The notes beneath the pieces were generated by a model, which worked only from the letters and a program-made list of their open reading frames with translations, was not told the DNA's origin and ran no database searches. 64,000 nt of DNA from Flavobacteriales bacterium (lineage in GTDB: Bacteria > Bacteroidota > Bacteroidia > Flavobacteriales_F > PHOS-HE28), in the NCBI GenBank assembly GCA_017987895.1, contig JAGNSU010000002.1:64074-128073 (forward strand). Reading direction: 5' to 3'. The position numbers and the translations under genes were made by a program. Positions 63,219 to 64,000 of this stretch are shown piece by piece. How positions within the stretch are numbered: the first letter of the stretch is position 1; every line of letters begins with the position of its first letter.

Positions 63219-63410
63219 CACTCAGATTGCGATCAGGAACCTACGTCCTGATCGGGTATTGCACCTTCCGCCTCGGCCATCTGTGTGGCCTCGGCATCGG
63301 GTGAACACTCCTGCGGGTGGCTGTCTTGCTCATCCTGTCGGGGGTATTCGATTGCCGGAGGACTATCCTTCCCGGCACGCTGGCCGACCCCTCGTACGGG
63401 TCGGCCTTCG
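63219..63410 (-). ncRNA. Candidate small RNA or cis-leader (unassigned family) between a minus-strand promoter and terminator
   Basis: TTTG-N18-TACATTTG promoter (63416-63445), a 5' hairpin GGCCGACCC/GGGTCGGCC (63382-63406), a hairpin GATCAGGA/TCCTGATC (63231-63253), and a terminator at 63181-63218. There is no convincing ORF. Confidence 0.35.
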
Positions 63411-63415
63411 CGCTT

Positions 63416-63445
63416 CAAATGTAGTCCATTGTCGGATCCGTCAAA
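63416..63445 (-). promoter_or_regulatory. Candidate promoter TTTG-N18-TACATTTG (minus strand)
   Basis: The reverse complement of 63401-63450 reads AAGTC TTTG ACGGATCCGACAATGGAC TACATTTG AAGCGCGAAGGCCGA. Confidence 0.4.
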
Positions 63446-63504
63446 GACTTTCAGTAGGATCGACCGCCGATCAGGGGTCGGCTCCTGAAAGTTGCTGTTA
63501 CTAC

Positions 63505-63535
63505 TTGGAGGTTGTCAGTAGGCGACATACATTTG
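63505..63535 (+). promoter_or_regulatory. Candidate promoter TTG-N20-TACATTTG (plus strand)
   Basis: TTG at 63505-63507 and TACATTTG at 63528-63535. The ATG at 63553 lies 17 nt downstream. Confidence 0.4.
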
Positions 63536-63552
63536 CGCCAACTTCACCCACC

Positions 63553-64000
63553 ATGGACATCAAGGGCATCATAGAACGGCTCAGGAAGCGCAAGGAGGAG
63601 TATGAGGAACAGGCCCGGAGGATACAAACCCTCCTCAATATGGGCCCGGATGATCTTCTATTCTTCGTCAGCGAGATCAGGGCCATAGAGGACACTGTTC
63701 GCTTGAACGTGCGGCCCATGGCGACTAACGGCGCCGGTATTGGTGCTGCACATCATCGTGAAGCGCCTAAGTCTTATGACAAGGACACCGCCGGAGGAGC
63801 GCAGCAGATCTTGGACATTATTGAGCGAGCGAGGAAGGAAAAGGTAATACTACCCACATCCTTCTTCATGGACGCCGCGTTAGCCTGCATCCCCGATGGA
63901 AGTGAGAAGGAGAAGAAAACTGTGCGCACCAGGGTATCGAACACCTTGCAATATCTCAGGGAGAAGCGCAAGAAGATCGGTCGGCACAAGCTGGATGGCG
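63553..64000 (+). CDS. Hypothetical protein, 5' part only (runs off the window), lower-GC with atypical codons
   Basis: My translation: MDIKGIIERLRKRKEEYEEQARRIQTLLNMGPDDLLFFVSEIRAIEDTV...TLQYLREKRKKIGRHKLDG, with no stop to position 64000. It uses ATA, AGG, CTA and TTA codons, which are rare elsewhere in the window. Confidence 0.5.
   Translation, partial: MDIKGIIERLRKRKEEYEEQARRIQTLLNMGPDDLLFFVSEIRAIEDTVRLNVRPMATNGAGIGAAHHREAPKSYDKDTAGGAQQILDIIERARKEKVILPTSFFMDAALACIPDGSEKEKKTVRTRVSNTLQYLREKRKKIGRHKLDG

Noticed and set aside
63181-63410. Possible TPP or cobalamin riboswitch, 6S or SRP RNA identity for the candidate RNA
   Set aside because: Partial resemblances exist (CCTGATCGGGTATTGC on the + strand; GGGAAG...CCACCCGCAGG on the minus strand). 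They do not reproduce the ordered conserved cores of those families. No thiamin or cobalamin gene is adjacent, and the ends do not pair as in 6S RNA.
63233-63418. 61-aa minus-strand ORF (and the 67-aa + ORF at 63285-63488) as protein-coding genes
   Set aside because: The TTG start lies inside the putative -7 box, and the product is low-complexity acidic with no motifs. The region is better explained as a non-coding transcript. It is kept only as an alternative in the finding.

Overview
High-GC (hand-sampled lines about 63-65% G+C) chromosomal segment. It looks like a gliding, T9SS-bearing member of the Bacteroidota. This is inferred from seven proteins with Por/T9SS-type C-terminal sorting domains, a gldA-gldF-gldG-DUF4340 cluster, TAnnTTTG-type -7 promoter boxes and no Shine-Dalgarno-like sequences. 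All functional calls come from motif recognition by eye; no database search was run.

Gene content, left to right:
- T9SS cargo, a PQQ sugar dehydrogenase, prfC, and a thioredoxin-fold protein.
- A 1297-aa secreted protein carrying 11 tandem ~67-aa repeats.
- FAD oxidoreductases, tRNA-Thr(CGU), a GNAT, and an EF-G paralogue with a degenerate GTPase centre.
- A halogenase-like flavoprotein and M1 peptidases.
- A signalling locus at 21.2-28.7 kb: an E1-like/tandem-nitroreductase fusion, a GNAT-like protein, a 7TMR-DISM kinase, a REC-PAS-kinase and a divergent REC.
- A phenylacetate (paa) catabolic cluster at 31.2-38.0 kb, interrupted by a low-GC trypsin-like protease gene.
- YceI, DUF2461, ogt, and gldAFG.
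- A translationally coupled trio at 44.4-47.8 kb: C39-like peptidase, RLAN-ATP-grasp and GCS2 amidoligase.
- An M36-like protease, an MBL hydrolase, tRNA-Ser(UGA), GWxTD, GT2, aroQ, xerD, more T9SS cargo, and a lower-GC right edge.

Because the DNA is GC-rich, many long ORFs in the track are antisense artefacts or carry spurious N-terminal extensions. Starts were re-picked where the sequence supports it.

Most interesting observations:
1. The E1/nitroreductase + GNAT-like + three two-component proteins locus.
2. The low-GC protease cassette inserted exactly at the paaD/paaG junction, flanked by an ACAATG duplication.
3. The peptidase/ATP-grasp/GCS2 amidoligase operon.
4. A recurring TACATTTG / TAnnTTTG box placed 4-6 nt from many ATGs, implying leaderless mRNAs.
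5. An orphan promoter-hairpin-terminator unit at 63.18-63.45 kb, a candidate sRNA.
6. Unusually structured spacers inside the paa operon.

No CRISPR array, IS element or rRNA was seen.
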